Positions 15,245 through 24,540 of a stretch of 32,000 bases of DNA are shown here, piece after piece. Position numbers and translations under genes: made by a program. How positions within the stretch are numbered: the stretch's first letter is position 1; every line of letters begins with the position of its first letter. This DNA is from Micrococcus luteus NCTC 2665. GTDB lineage: Bacteria; Actinomycetota; Actinomycetes; Actinomycetales; Micrococcaceae. The DNA lies in the NCBI RefSeq assembly GCF_000023205.1, contig NC_012803.1, forward strand, positions 2,460,001 to 2,492,000, read 5' to 3'. The notes below the pieces were generated by a model. It worked only from the letters and a program-made list of their open reading frames with translations, ran no database searches and was not told where the DNA came from.

Positions 15245-15284
15245 GGGCGGATGACGCGTACTCGACGCGTTCAGAAGCGGATGA

Positions 15285-15746
15285 TCACTTCTTGGCCTTG
15301 GCGGCCACGACCTGCAGCTGGACGGTCGCGATGACGTCCTCGTGCAGGCGGACCTGGGCCTCGTGGTTGCCCACGGACTTGATGTGGGCCGGCAGGGTGA
15401 TCGAGCGCTTGTCCACGGAGCCGAGGCCGGCGGCCTCGATCGCCTCGGCGACGTCGGCGGTCTGGACGGCGCCGAACAGGCGGCCCTCCGCACCGGCGGT
15501 GCGCTCGAGCTGCACGGGAGCGGACTGGAGCTGCGCGGCCTGGGCCTGCGCGTCCTCCAGGTTCGCCACGGCGCGGGCCGCGCGGGCCTTCTGCAGGGAC
15601 TCGACCTGCTTCTCCCCGCCCTTGGTCCACACGGTGGCGAAACCGCGCGGGAGCAGGTAGTTGCGGGCGTACCCGTTCTTGACCTCGACCACGTCACCGG
15701 AGGTGCCGAGACCGGCCACTTCCTGGGTCAGGATGAGCTTTGCCAT
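15285..15746 (-). CDS. rplI: 50S ribosomal protein L9
   Basis: [37 protein letters not shown] is the canonical L9 N-terminus. Confidence 0.97.
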   Translation of the reverse strand: MAKLILTQEVAGLGTSGDVVEVKNGYARNYLLPRGFATVWTKGGEKQVESLQKARAARAVANLEDAQAQAAQLQSAPVQLERTAGAEGRLFGAVQTADVAEAIEAAGLGSVDKRSITLPAHIKSVGNHEAQVRLHEDVIATVQLQVVAAKAKK

Positions 15747-15774
15747 CTGGGTGTTCCTTCCTTCGCTCGCTCGA

Positions 15775-16014
15775 TCAGCCGCGGCCGGCGCCGGCGTAGG
15801 GCAGCAGGGCCACCTCGCGGGCGTTCTTGACGGCCTGGGCGATCTTGCGCTGCTCCTGGACGGTCACGCCGGTCACGCGACGGGCACGGATCTTCCCGCG
15901 GTCGGAGATGAACTTGCGCAGCAGGGCCACGTCCTTGTAGTCGATCTCGGTGATCTTGGCGGCCTTGAGCGGGTTGGACTTCGGTTTGGGCTTGCGGAGT
16001 TCAGCCTTCGCCAT
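15775..16014 (-). CDS. rpsR: 30S ribosomal protein S18
   Basis: [50 protein letters not shown] is the canonical S18 core. Confidence 0.97.
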   Translation of the reverse strand: MAKAELRKPKPKSNPLKAAKITEIDYKDVALLRKFISDRGKIRARRVTGVTVQEQRKIAQAVKNAREVALLPYAGAGRG

Positions 16015-16244
16015 CGTGGTGCTCCTTCAGAGTTCTCTGGAGCCCGCAGAACGGTTCTGCGGGATGGGATCACGCGGCGTCCCATGCGGGGCACGGGGCC
16101 GTGTGCGGTGCGGCCCGGCGGTGCCGGGTCGCGGGTGGGATGGGCCGCCGGGGCGGCCCTCCGGGCGACGTGCGCCCGGACGGAGAGGTCCGTGGTGTTC
16201 CGTGTCCGTCGCGGCCGTGGGGGCCGCGCCCGGTCAGTGCAGGA

Positions 16245-16847
16245 TCAGAACGGGGGCTCGTTGGAGGACGGGGTGTCCCATCCGCCGCCACCGCCGCCGC
16301 CGGACCAGGGGTCCTGCGGTGCGGCCTGGCCGCCGCCCTGCTGCTGGCCGCCCCAGCCGCCGCCCTGCTGGGCGCCGCCGAAGCCGCCGTCGTTGTTCCC
16401 CCCGGCGCCGCCGCCGGCCGGGGAGCCGCCGAAGCCGCCCCCCTGCTGGCCGCCGCCGAAGCCACCGCCGCCGCCACCGCCGCGCTGGGCGCGGGTGACC
16501 TTGGCCGTGGCGAACCGCAGCGCCGGGCCGACCTCGTCCACGTCCAGCTCCCAGCTGGTGCGACGGTTGCCGTCCCGGTCGTCGTAGGAGCGCGCCCTGA
16601 GGCGGCCCTGCACGATCACGCGCATGCCCTTGGTCAGCGACTCCGCCACGTTCTCCGCGGCCTCGCGCCAGACCGAGCAGCGCAGGAACAGCGCTTCGCC
16701 GTCCTTCCACTCGTTGGTCTGACGGTCGAACGTGCGGGGCGTGGACGCGACGGTGAAGTTCGCGACGGCCGCGCCGTTCGGGGTGAAGCGCAGCTCCGGG
16801 TCGGCGGTGAGGTTGCCGACCACGGTGATGACGGTCTCGCCTGCCAT
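16245..16847 (-). CDS. ssb: single-stranded DNA-binding protein
   Basis: It has an OB-fold N-terminus ([34 protein letters not shown]), a long Gly/Gln-rich tail and an acidic C-terminal tip (NEPPF). ATG at 16847 follows AGGAG. The track ORF starts two codons earlier at a GTG. Confidence 0.95.
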   Translation of the reverse strand: MAGETVITVVGNLTADPELRFTPNGAAVANFTVASTPRTFDRQTNEWKDGEALFLRCSVWREAAENVAESLTKGMRVIVQGRLRARSYDDRDGNRRTSWELDVDEVGPALRFATAKVTRAQRGGGGGGGFGGGQQGGGFGGSPAGGGAGGNNDGGFGGAQQGGGWGGQQQGGGQAAPQDPWSGGGGGGGWDTPSSNEPPF

Positions 16848-16979
16848 GGTCACTCCTGTCTTCGGGGGTTCTGCCGGTCAGTGACCGGATCCGGGGATCC
16901 GGGACTGCTCAGCGGGGTTCCGGTGGGGGCGTCGGGGACTGATCCGATGCTCTCAGACCCTCCGGACACGGTACGAGGA

Positions 16980-17285
16980 TCACTCAGCGGTGATCTTCTG
17001 CTCCTCCGGACGGATGATCTTGGTGCGCAGGATCGTCTCGTTGAGGTTCAGCAGACGGTCCAGCTCCTGGGTGGCGGCCGGCTCCGACTGGAAGTTGACG
17101 ACCACGTAGATGGCCTCGGACTTCTTCTGGATCTCGTAGGCGGTCTTGCGGCGACCCCACACGTCGATGTTGTCGACGGTGCCGCCGGCGTTCGTGACGA
17201 CCTCGAGGTACTTCTTCAGGGTCGGCTCCACGGTGCGCTCGTCGACCTCAGGGTCGATCAGCACCATCAGCTCATAAGCACGCAT
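16980..17285 (-). CDS. rpsF: 30S ribosomal protein S6
   Basis: [30 protein letters not shown] is the canonical S6 N-terminus. ATG at 17285 is preceded by GAGGAGGTGGG. The upstream 35 codons of the track ORF are discarded. The C-terminus reads ...[10 protein letters not shown]. Confidence 0.95.
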   Translation of the reverse strand: MRAYELMVLIDPEVDERTVEPTLKKYLEVVTNAGGTVDNIDVWGRRKTAYEIQKKSEAIYVVVNFQSEPAATQELDRLLNLNETILRTKIIRPEEQKITAE

Positions 17286-17482
17286 GCGAACCCACCTCCT
17301 CTGGGCTTGCGGCCGCGGTATCTCCGCGGCAGGAGGTTCTGTGCTCGTCGTCCGTGCGATGCTCCGCGCTCTTCGGCGGCACACAGACAACCTGATGAAT
17401 CCTAGCAGTTCGACGAAGGGGCGCTGGCGCGGCGTCCACGTGCGCGGGCGCCTCCCGCGCCGACGCCTCCCGCGCGTCGAGC

Positions 17483-17575
17483 CCGCGAGCCAGATGATTC
17501 AGTCGTTTTCCGGCCGCTTCTACGACCGAAATCTCTGGCTCGCGGCCATCCAGGAGCAGAAATCTCTGGCTCGCG
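17483..17575. repeat. three copies of an 11-17 nt motif (CGCGAGCCAGA core), one forward and two reverse
   Basis: ccgcgagccaga lies at 17483..17494. Its exact complement tctggctcgcgg lies at 17534..17545. In addition, the 17-nt direct repeat gaaatctctggctcgcg occurs at 17528..17544 and 17559..17575. The motifs sit between the aminopeptidase stop (17591) and the rpsF start (17285). Confidence 0.6.
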
Positions 17576-17590
17576 CCCCCACGCGCAGCC

Positions 17591-19078
17591 TCACACCCCG
17601 CGGAAGAACTCCCGCACGGCCGCCGTCAGGTGCTCCACGTCCCGCACACCGCACATCTCGCGCGCCGAGTGCATGGACAGCAGGCCCAGGCCCACGTCCA
17701 CGGTCCGGATGCCCAGGCGGGTCGCCGAGATCGGGCCGATGGTGGAGCCGCAGGGGACGTCGTTGTTCGAGACGAACTCCTGGAACGGCACCCCCGCCAC
17801 GCCGCACCAGCGGGCGAACGCGGCCTCTCCCCCGGCATCGGTGGCGTAGCGCTGGTTGGCGTTGATCTTCAGCAGCGGGCCGTGGTTCACGCGCGGGTGG
17901 TTCACGGGATCGTGCCGCTCGGCGTAGTTCGGGTGCACCAGGTGGCCGGCGTCCGCGGACAGCAGCCAGGACCCCGCGATCGCCCGCGCCCGGCCCTGCC
18001 CGGCCACGCCGAGCGCCTCGAGCACGCGCCCCATGACCTCCTCGAGCAGCGGCCCGGCCGCCCCGGACCGCGACGCCGACCCCAGCTCCTCGTGGTCGAA
18101 CGCGGCGAGCAGCGGGATCACCGGGGCGCCGGACGCCTCACCGGCCACCCCGCCCGCGACGGTCCCCTCGTACGCGATCGCCCCCTCGGCGCCGCCGTGC
18201 TCGCGCGCCAGCTCCTCGAGCGCCACGAGGCCCGCGTGCACCGAGCTCAGGTTGTCCAGCCGACCCGACGCGAAGAACTCGCCCGCCAGCCCGAAGAGTC
18301 CCGGCGCCTGGGCGTCGGCCACCACGACGTCGTGCCCACGCACCGCGGCCGGGTCCACACCGGCGGTAGCCGCGAGCGCGGTCAGCACGTCACCGGGCAC
18401 GCGGGCGGCCAGACCGTCGGCCTCCGCCTCGCCGGCGTCCTCGCCGCGCGGGGCGAGCGCCCCCACGACGGGGTTCGTGTGCCGCTGCCGCTTCAGCCTC
18501 AGCCCCTCGTTGACCTCGCGGTCCAGATGGATGGCCAGCTGCGGGATACGCCCCACGGGCCCGGTCGCGGCGAGCACCTGCGTGCCGTCGTCGAGGGCGA
18601 GACGCCCGGCGAAGCGCAGCTCGCGGTCCAGCCACGAGTTCAGCAGCGGGCCGCCGTACACCTCGACGCCGGCCTGCACCCAGCCGTCGGCCGTCACGGT
18701 GGCCGGGTTCGGCTTGAGCTTGAACCCCGGCGAGTCCGTGTGCGCGCCGAGCGCGCGGAACACCGGCACGACGCCGGCGTTCGGCCCCGCCTCGTCCGGC
18801 CCGGCCGCGCGCGCCTCAGCGCCCTCGTCCCGGCCCAGCGCGCCGGCACCCGTCGGCACGATCCAGGCCACCGCCGCGCCGTCGCGCACCACGACATAGC
18901 CACCCGGGGCCGACGGGAAGTCGACCGTCTCGTCGAGGCGGGTGAAGCCGACGGCCTCCAGGCGGCGTGCGACCTCCTCCGCGGCGTGGTAACTGGAGGG
19001 TGAGGCGGTCACGAACTCGGCCAGGTCCCGCAGGTGGGCGGGCAGCTCGGCGACGGTGTCACGGGTCACGGGGGTCAT
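17591..19078 (-). CDS. M18-family aminopeptidase (aspartyl aminopeptidase-like)
   Basis: SPSSYHAAEEVARRLEAVGF, GAHTDSPGFKLKPNP, VEVYGGPLLNSWLDRELRFAGR, QLAIHLDREVN, FDHEELGS and LLSMHSAREM are M18 blocks. I prefer ATG at 19078 (MTPVTRD...) to the Arg/Gly-rich extension starting at 19144. Confidence 0.85.
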   Translation of the reverse strand: MTPVTRDTVAELPAHLRDLAEFVTASPSSYHAAEEVARRLEAVGFTRLDETVDFPSAPGGYVVVRDGAAVAWIVPTGAGALGRDEGAEARAAGPDEAGPNAGVVPVFRALGAHTDSPGFKLKPNPATVTADGWVQAGVEVYGGPLLNSWLDRELRFAGRLALDDGTQVLAATGPVGRIPQLAIHLDREVNEGLRLKRQRHTNPVVGALAPRGEDAGEAEADGLAARVPGDVLTALAATAGVDPAAVRGHDVVVADAQAPGLFGLAGEFFASGRLDNLSSVHAGLVALEELAREHGGAEGAIAYEGTVAGGVAGEASGAPVIPLLAAFDHEELGSASRSGAAGPLLEEVMGRVLEALGVAGQGRARAIAGSWLLSADAGHLVHPNYAERHDPVNHPRVNHGPLLKINANQRYATDAGGEAAFARWCGVAGVPFQEFVSNNDVPCGSTIGPISATRLGIRTVDVGLGLLSMHSAREMCGVRDVEHLTAAVREFFRGV

Positions 19079-19176
19079 GCCCCGACCGTACCGCGCCCCA
19101 CCACCCCCTCCGGCTACCCTGGCCCGGAAGCGGCCCCGCCGCATCGCCCGCCCCGTCAGCGCAGGAGGAGCCCGCC

Positions 19177-19518
19177 GTGGACATCATGATCGCCGTCGCC
19201 GTGGGGGTCTTCCTCCTGGTGGCGTGGACCGTGGGCGGCTGGGCCATCGTGCGGATGGGCTTCACCCGGGACGGGGACGCGGCCCGCACCCCCGCCCACG
19301 ACGACGGCGCCGCGCGTCCGGTGCACCCCGGCGCGGCCGCGGACCCGGCCACCGACCCCCACGTGATGTGGCGCGAGCAGATGAAGGCGGCCACGGCCGC
19401 CTCCGGGGCGCAGTGCGTCTGTCCGCCGCCGCCCCGCGAGGACGGCGCCGCCGAGACGGGGACGACCGCGCCGCCGTCGTCCCCGGACTGCCCGATCCAC
19501 CGCTGGGACTACGCCTGA
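19177..19518 (+). CDS. small hypothetical membrane-anchored protein
   Basis: GTG at 19177 lies 7 nt after GCAGGAGGAG. It has one N-terminal TM helix (IMIAVAVGVFLLVAWTVGGWAIV) followed by a Pro/Ala/Asp-rich tail with three Cys. I recognise no family. Coding status rests on the RBS and the TM helix only. Confidence 0.4.
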   Translation: MDIMIAVAVGVFLLVAWTVGGWAIVRMGFTRDGDAARTPAHDDGAARPVHPGAAADPATDPHVMWREQMKAATAASGAQCVCPPPPREDGAAETGTTAPPSSPDCPIHRWDYA

Positions 19519-21041
19519 ACCGCGGCCGGCCGGCCTGAGCGCCCCCGGGCCGGGCCGGAGTCCGCGGCGTACGCGCCGGCGAGCGGGTCGGTGTCCGGGT
19601 GGCCGCCGTGGTCGCGCTTCACGAGGTCCTCGGCCGGGTGCAGCATCTCCCACACGACGCGCCCGCACAGCCACAGCACCGCGAGCATGTGCGCGAGGAT
19701 CGCGGCCACGTAGACGGAGTCGTCCATGGAGTGCTGCGGCGGGGTCTCGGCCACCCCCTTGGCCAAATACATCCACACGGCGAAGAAGTGCAGCGCCTCC
19801 ACCGTCTGCCACACCCAGAAGTCCCGCCACCGCGGCAGGGCGAGCGCCAGGAGCGGGATCAGCCAGACCACGAACTGCGGTGAGTACACCTTGTTGGTGA
19901 GCACGAACGCCGCCACCACCAGGAACGTCAGCTGGGCCAGCCGCGGGGTGTGCCGCACCCGCACGCCGAGCACGAAGATCCCCAGGCAGCACACCGCGAA
20001 GGTCCCGTAGGCCAGCAGGGTCAGGGAGTCCTCCGGCACGAACGCCCACCCGGCCTGCGCGGCGGTCACGTCCCACGCGTGCCACACGCTGGACAGGCCC
20101 GGCCCGCGCTCGCCGGAGAAGGTGAAGAACACGGACCACGCCTGGAAGTTCACGACCATGAGCGGCACGTTGACCGCCGCCCACGCCGCCACCGTGCCCC
20201 CGGCCGCGAGCAGGAACGGCCGCCACCGCCGCGAGCGCACCGCCAGGATCAGCAGCGGCCCCAGGATCAGCAGCGGATACAGCTTCATGGCCGCGCCGAG
20301 GCCGAACAGCACCCCCGCCGTCAGGGACCGGCCGCGCGACCACGCGTACATGCCGCACGCCAGCAGGGCCACGGCCCACAGGTCCCAGTTGATGGTGCCG
20401 GCCAGCACGATCCCCGGGGCCACGGCCACCATGAGCCCGTCCGTCCACCGGCGCCCCGCCATCCGGACGGTCAGCACCGCGACGACGGCCCACAGCACCA
20501 CCACGAACCCGAAGTTCACGAGCCAGAACACCACCGTGCCCTGCTCCGGCGAGAACGGCAGCGCCTGCGTGATCCAGGCCGCCACCGAGCCCACGACGGA
20601 CATCAGCACGGGGTACTCGAACGTGGAGCCCGCCCGGAACGGCGCCCACGGGTCCGCCGCGAACCCGCGCCCGCCGTAGAGCGCGGCCCAGTCCGAATAG
20701 CAGCCCGCGTAGTAGACGTCCGGGGCGCCCCAGCCGTGCAGCAGGCACGGCGACTTCTGCAGCACGGTCACGACGGCGGCCAGAGCCACCAGCAGCCCCG
20801 TCAGCGCCACGGGCCCGGCCCAGGAGCCGGTCCCCCGTCCGGGGCCGTTCGCCGCGAGGCCGCCGGCGAGCTGGAAGCGTCCGCCGCGCTCGCCGGGGGC
20901 GGGCAGGGTCCCGGACGGTGCGCTGTCAGCGGAACGCCCGGCGGGGACACCCGGGGCGGTCACGGCGTCGCTCGGGGCGCCGTCCGCGGCGTGAGTGGGC
21001 GGCTCGCTGGGGGTCGCGGCGTGCGCGGGGGCCGGTCTCAT
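19509..21041 (-). CDS. polytopic membrane glycosyltransferase, GT87 / DUF2029 family (Rv0051-like)
   Basis: It has many TM helices and a CYSDWAALYGGRGF...FEYPVLMS block typical of GT87/DUF2029 mannosyltransferase-like proteins. It sits next to ino1 and near rpsF, as Rv0051 does in mycobacteria. Confidence 0.7.
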   Translation of the reverse strand: MRPAPAHAATPSEPPTHAADGAPSDAVTAPGVPAGRSADSAPSGTLPAPGERGGRFQLAGGLAANGPGRGTGSWAGPVALTGLLVALAAVVTVLQKSPCLLHGWGAPDVYYAGCYSDWAALYGGRGFAADPWAPFRAGSTFEYPVLMSVVGSVAAWITQALPFSPEQGTVVFWLVNFGFVVVLWAVVAVLTVRMAGRRWTDGLMVAVAPGIVLAGTINWDLWAVALLACGMYAWSRGRSLTAGVLFGLGAAMKLYPLLILGPLLILAVRSRRWRPFLLAAGGTVAAWAAVNVPLMVVNFQAWSVFFTFSGERGPGLSSVWHAWDVTAAQAGWAFVPEDSLTLLAYGTFAVCCLGIFVLGVRVRHTPRLAQLTFLVVAAFVLTNKVYSPQFVVWLIPLLALALPRWRDFWVWQTVEALHFFAVWMYLAKGVAETPPQHSMDDSVYVAAILAHMLAVLWLCGRVVWEMLHPAEDLVKRDHGGHPDTDPLAGAYAADSGPARGRSGRPAAVQA

Positions 21042-21209
21042 GCCCCCATCCTAGGAAGCCGCCCGGACACCGGACGGGCGGGGCCGCCGTCGTCGGTCGT
21101 AGACTGGCGGGGTTGATCCCCGGGTGAGCGCCCCGCCGAACGGTGTGGGCCCCCCTGCGCGCGCCGCGTGCCCGCACCCGTTCCGGACAGTCGAGGAGAG
21201 AACCAGACC

Positions 21210-22295
21210 GTGGCCACCAATCCCATCCGCGTCGCCATCGCCGGCGTGGGCAACTGCGCAACATCCCTCATCCAGGGTGTGGAGTACTACCGCGAGGCGA
21301 AGGCCACGGACACGGTCCCAGGCCTGATGCACGTGCAGTTCGGCGACTACCACGTGTCGGACCTCGAGTTCGTGGCCGCGTTCGACGTGGACGCGAAGAA
21401 GGTCGGCCTGGACCTGTCCGAGGCCATCACCGCCTCCGAGAACAACACCATCAAGATCGCGGACGTGCCCCACGCGGACGTCACCGTCCAGCGCGGCCCC
21501 ACCCTGGACGGCCTCGGCAAGTACTACGCCGAGACCATCGAGGAGTCGGAGGCCGAGCCCGTGGACGTGGCCCAGGCCCTCCGCGACGCGGAGGTGGACG
21601 TGCTGGTCTGCTACCTGCCCGTCGGCTCGCAGCGGGCCACAGAGCACTACGCCCAGGCCGCGATCGACGCCGGCGTCGCGTTCGTGAACGCCCTGCCCGT
21701 GTTCATCGCCGGCACCCCGGAGTGGGCCGAGAAGTTCACCGCCGCGGGTGTGCCGATCGTGGGCGACGACATCAAGTCCCAGATCGGCGCCACCATCACC
21801 CACCGCGTGATGGCCAAGCTGTTCGAGGACCGCGGCGTCACCCTGGACCGCACCTACCAGCTCAACGTGGGCGGCAACATGGACTTCAAGAACATGCTCG
21901 AGCGTGAGCGCCTGGAGTCCAAGAAGATCTCCAAGACGCAGGCCGTCACCTCCAACACCTCCGCGCAGCTGGGCGAGAAGGATGTGCACATCGGCCCGTC
22001 CGACTACGTGGCCTGGCTCGACGACCGCAAGTGGGCGTTCGTGCGCCTCGAGGGCCGCAACTTCGGCGACGCCCCCGTCTCGCTCGAGTACAAGCTCGAG
22101 GTGTGGGACTCCCCCAACTCGGCCGGCGTGATCATCGACGCCGTGCGCGCCGCGAAGATCGCCCTGGACCGCGGCATCGGCGGGCCGATCCTCTCGGCCT
22201 CGTCCTACTTCATGAAGTCCCCGCCCGTGCAGCACAACGACGACGCGGCGCACGAGCTCGTGGAGGCCTTCATCCGCGGCGACATCGAGCGCTAA
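21210..22295 (+). CDS. ino1: myo-inositol-1-phosphate synthase
   Basis: [48 protein letters not shown] and LNVGGNMDF are canonical actinobacterial Ino1 blocks. GTG at 21210 follows GAGGAGAG. The track ORF begins 14 codons earlier. Confidence 0.93.
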   Translation: MATNPIRVAIAGVGNCATSLIQGVEYYREAKATDTVPGLMHVQFGDYHVSDLEFVAAFDVDAKKVGLDLSEAITASENNTIKIADVPHADVTVQRGPTLDGLGKYYAETIEESEAEPVDVAQALRDAEVDVLVCYLPVGSQRATEHYAQAAIDAGVAFVNALPVFIAGTPEWAEKFTAAGVPIVGDDIKSQIGATITHRVMAKLFEDRGVTLDRTYQLNVGGNMDFKNMLERERLESKKISKTQAVTSNTSAQLGEKDVHIGPSDYVAWLDDRKWAFVRLEGRNFGDAPVSLEYKLEVWDSPNSAGVIIDAVRAAKIALDRGIGGPILSASSYFMKSPPVQHNDDAAHELVEAFIRGDIER

Positions 22296-22321
22296 CCCGC
22301 CCGGTCCCCCGCAGACCGCGC

Positions 22322-22370
22322 ACGACGCCGGCCCGTCACCTTCCCCGTGGAGGTGACGGGCCGGCGTCGT
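22322..22370. terminator. bidirectional hairpin between the convergent ino1 and SGNH-domain genes
   Basis: acgacgccggcccgtcacct (22322..22341) pairs perfectly over 20 bp with aggtgacgggccggcgtcgt (22351..22370). The loop is 9 nt. Confidence 0.6.
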
Positions 22371-22402
22371 CGTGGGGGCGCGTGCCGCCCCGGCCACCGC
22401 GC

Positions 22403-23521
22403 TCAGCGCCGCACGCCGAGCCGGTCCTCGATGGTGAGCCGGACGAGCTGGGCGTACATGGCCTGGCCGTCGGCGCGGGGGTGCACGCCGTCGGCGGAGA
22501 AGTCCGTGACGTGCTGCTTCGCCACGGCGTCCCAGTCCGCCAGGACGATCCGATCCGGGTGCGCCGTGGCCTGCGCCTCCATCTGCCTCTGCACGTCGGC
22601 GATCCAGTCCATCGGGCCGTGCGGCACCACGAGCACGAGCAGCCGGTCCTCGCCGACGGCCGCCAGGATCTTCTCCCAGTCGCCCCGATGGGTGGTGCCG
22701 TTGGCGCCCAGGGCCACCACGACGACGTCGCTCAGCTGGCCGTCCGCCTTGAGCTTCTCGATCTCGTCCGCGGCGTCCCAGATCTGGTAGCCCACCTCGG
22801 CCTCGAGCAGCATCCCGGGCAGCTGCTCCATGAGCTGGGGCGCGGCCGAGAGCGAGACGGAGTCGCCGATCAGGGTGACGTCCGGGCCGAGCTCGGACGG
22901 CGGCAGGGCCGCGGTGAGCTGCTCTTTGGAGTACGTGGGGCGCGCGACGGCCGGGTCGCCGAGCCCGAGCCCGGACGGCTCGGCGGACGATCCGGGCGAG
23001 GGCGTCGCGCCCGCGGAGCCCTCCGCGTCCCCCGGGGCGGGTGAGCCGGGCGAGGCCGACGCCTCGGCCTCGGCCCGCTTCGACTGCTCCGCCGCCCGGG
23101 ACTCGCGGGCCGCCTGCTGCGCCGCCTCGGCGGCCTTGAGGGACTCCTCCGCCTGGGCGATGTCCTGCTCGAGCTGGGTCTGCGCGGGCGAGTGCACCAC
23201 GGCGGCCATGGCCGCCGCGGGCACGGCCACGAGCCCCAGCACCGTGGCGGCGGCCGCGAACCGGCCGATCGGCCCGGCCCCGCCCGTGAACGCCCGCCGC
23301 GCGGCCGCGCCCCAGCGGCCGAAGGCGCCCCTGAACCCCTCGTGCAGGATGGGCTCCTCGATCAGCCGGGTGCTCAGGTCGGCGAGCAGGGCGGTCAGCA
23401 GCAGGATCGCTCCCGCGGCCACGGGTTCGGCCCACCCGGGGCGTCCACGGGCACCATCACGCGCATGATCACGAGCAGCGGCCAGTGCCACAGGTACGCG
23501 GCGTAGGAGCGGCGCCCCCAC
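22403..23521 (-). CDS. last TM helix, Ala/Glu/Pro-rich linker and SGNH/GDSL hydrolase domain (C-terminal part of the OatA-like protein, in a different frame)
   Basis: From about 23445 downward the frame reads WAEPVAAGAILLLTALLADLSTRLIEEPI, which is the typical end of the acyltransferase domain. A linker follows, and then VTLIGDSVS...VVVALGANG...DGVHP, which are the SGNH blocks I, III and V. The first ~25 codons of the track ORF are probably not translated as such. Confidence 0.75.
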   Translation of the reverse strand: MGAPLLRRVPVALAAARDHARDGARGRPGWAEPVAAGAILLLTALLADLSTRLIEEPILHEGFRGAFGRWGAAARRAFTGGAGPIGRFAAAATVLGLVAVPAAAMAAVVHSPAQTQLEQDIAQAEESLKAAEAAQQAARESRAAEQSKRAEAEASASPGSPAPGDAEGSAGATPSPGSSAEPSGLGLGDPAVARPTYSKEQLTAALPPSELGPDVTLIGDSVSLSAAPQLMEQLPGMLLEAEVGYQIWDAADEIEKLKADGQLSDVVVVALGANGTTHRGDWEKILAAVGEDRLLVLVVPHGPMDWIADVQRQMEAQATAHPDRIVLADWDAVAKQHVTDFSADGVHPRADGQAMYAQLVRLTIEDRLGVRR

Positions 23522-24540
23522 CAGCGCAGGAACCCGTTGCCCAGCACGCGCGAGAGCGAGTCGCGCCGGTCACCCTGCACCACGTGCCAGACGATGAACG
23601 CGACGACGGCGGACAGGCCCGCCAGCACCCCGCGGTACGTGCTCGCGTGGCCGCCGTCGACCAGGGCGAAGCCCGCCGCGAGCACCGCGACGGCGCCCCA
23701 CGCGACGGCCACCCGCGTGGCCGAGGTCCGCGGCTCGGGGCCGCCGTGCTCGGGCCGGGGCACGTGGGCCAGACCGATCGCCACGCACGCGCCGAACAGC
23801 AGGCCGAAGGCGTGGGTGTCCGTGCCGAAGTAGAGGCGGGCCTGCTCGAACCCGTGCCACGAGCCCCAGGCCATCCACGCCGCGGAGGCCACGGCCGCGA
23901 CCGCGACCGCGAGGATGCGGCGTCGGTCCGCCACCCGCCCCGAGTTCACCGTGCTGCGCGGCGGCCAGGTGAGCAGGAGCAGCCCCCAGAGGAGCAGGGG
24001 CCAGAGGATGTAGAACTGCTCCTCGATCGCCAGGGACCACAGGTGCTCGAACAGAGGCGGCGAGGCGCGGTTGAAGTAGTCCCCGCCCTCGAGGATCATC
24101 ACCCAGTTGCTGGTGTAGGTCAGGGCGCCGAACCATTGGCGGCCCAGGCCCGCGGGGAACTCGTCCACCGCCAGCCACGCGAGCGCGGTGGTGCCCACGA
24201 GCGCCATCAGCATGGCCGGGATGAGGCGTCGGACGCGCTTCATCCAGAAGGTGCCCAGCGCCACGCCCCGGCCCGCGTCCACACCGCGGACCAGGCCGGT
24301 GGTGATGAGGAAGCCGGAGAGCACGAAGAACATGTCCACGCCCACGAACCCGCCGCGCAGGAAGGTGGGCCAGGCGTGGAAGACGAGCACGGCGAGCACC
24401 GCGATCCCCCGCAGCCCGTCGAGGGCGGTCACCCGGCCGGGGCCGCGACTGACCCGCGTGCCGACCTTGACGGCGGGCGCGCCGTCCTGGGGCGACAGGG
24501 CATGGCGGGGCACGGGCGCGGTGCGCTGGTCGGAACTCAC
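23395..24540 (-). CDS. acyltransferase family 3 membrane domain (N-terminal part of an OatA-like O-acyltransferase)
   Basis: LDGLRGIAVLAVLVFHAWP, GFVGVDMFFVLSGFLIT, WSLAIEEQFYILWP and SYAAYLWHWPLLVI are Acyl_transf_3 motifs. The frame ends in a non-homologous tail (...DAPGGPNPWPRERSCC*) and overlaps the next ORF. Confidence 0.85.
   Translation of the reverse strand: MSSDQRTAPVPRHALSPQDGAPAVKVGTRVSRGPGRVTALDGLRGIAVLAVLVFHAWPTFLRGGFVGVDMFFVLSGFLITTGLVRGVDAGRGVALGTFWMKRVRRLIPAMLMALVGTTALAWLAVDEFPAGLGRQWFGALTYTSNWVMILEGGDYFNRASPPLFEHLWSLAIEEQFYILWPLLLWGLLLLTWPPRSTVNSGRVADRRRILAVAVAAVASAAWMAWGSWHGFEQARLYFGTDTHAFGLLFGACVAIGLAHVPRPEHGGPEPRTSATRVAVAWGAVAVLAAGFALVDGGHASTYRGVLAGLSAVVAFIVWHVVQGDRRDSLSRVLGNGFLRWWGRRSYAAYLWHWPLLVIMRVMVPVDAPGGPNPWPRERSCC

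Noticed and set aside
14085-15284. Search for tRNA genes or direct-repeat att sites flanking the DUF3800 islet and the AIPR cassette.
   Set aside because: I found no tRNA-like T-arm or acceptor motifs and only trivial 6-7-mer matches (for example gatgatg) at the borders. No integrase is present, so no integrative-element call is justified.
21042-21209. TAGACT hexamer (21098..21103) as the -10 element of an ino1 promoter.
   Set aside because: It is plausible in form (TAnnnT), but I saw no supporting -35 or extended -10 element. It cannot be distinguished from chance without transcription start data.
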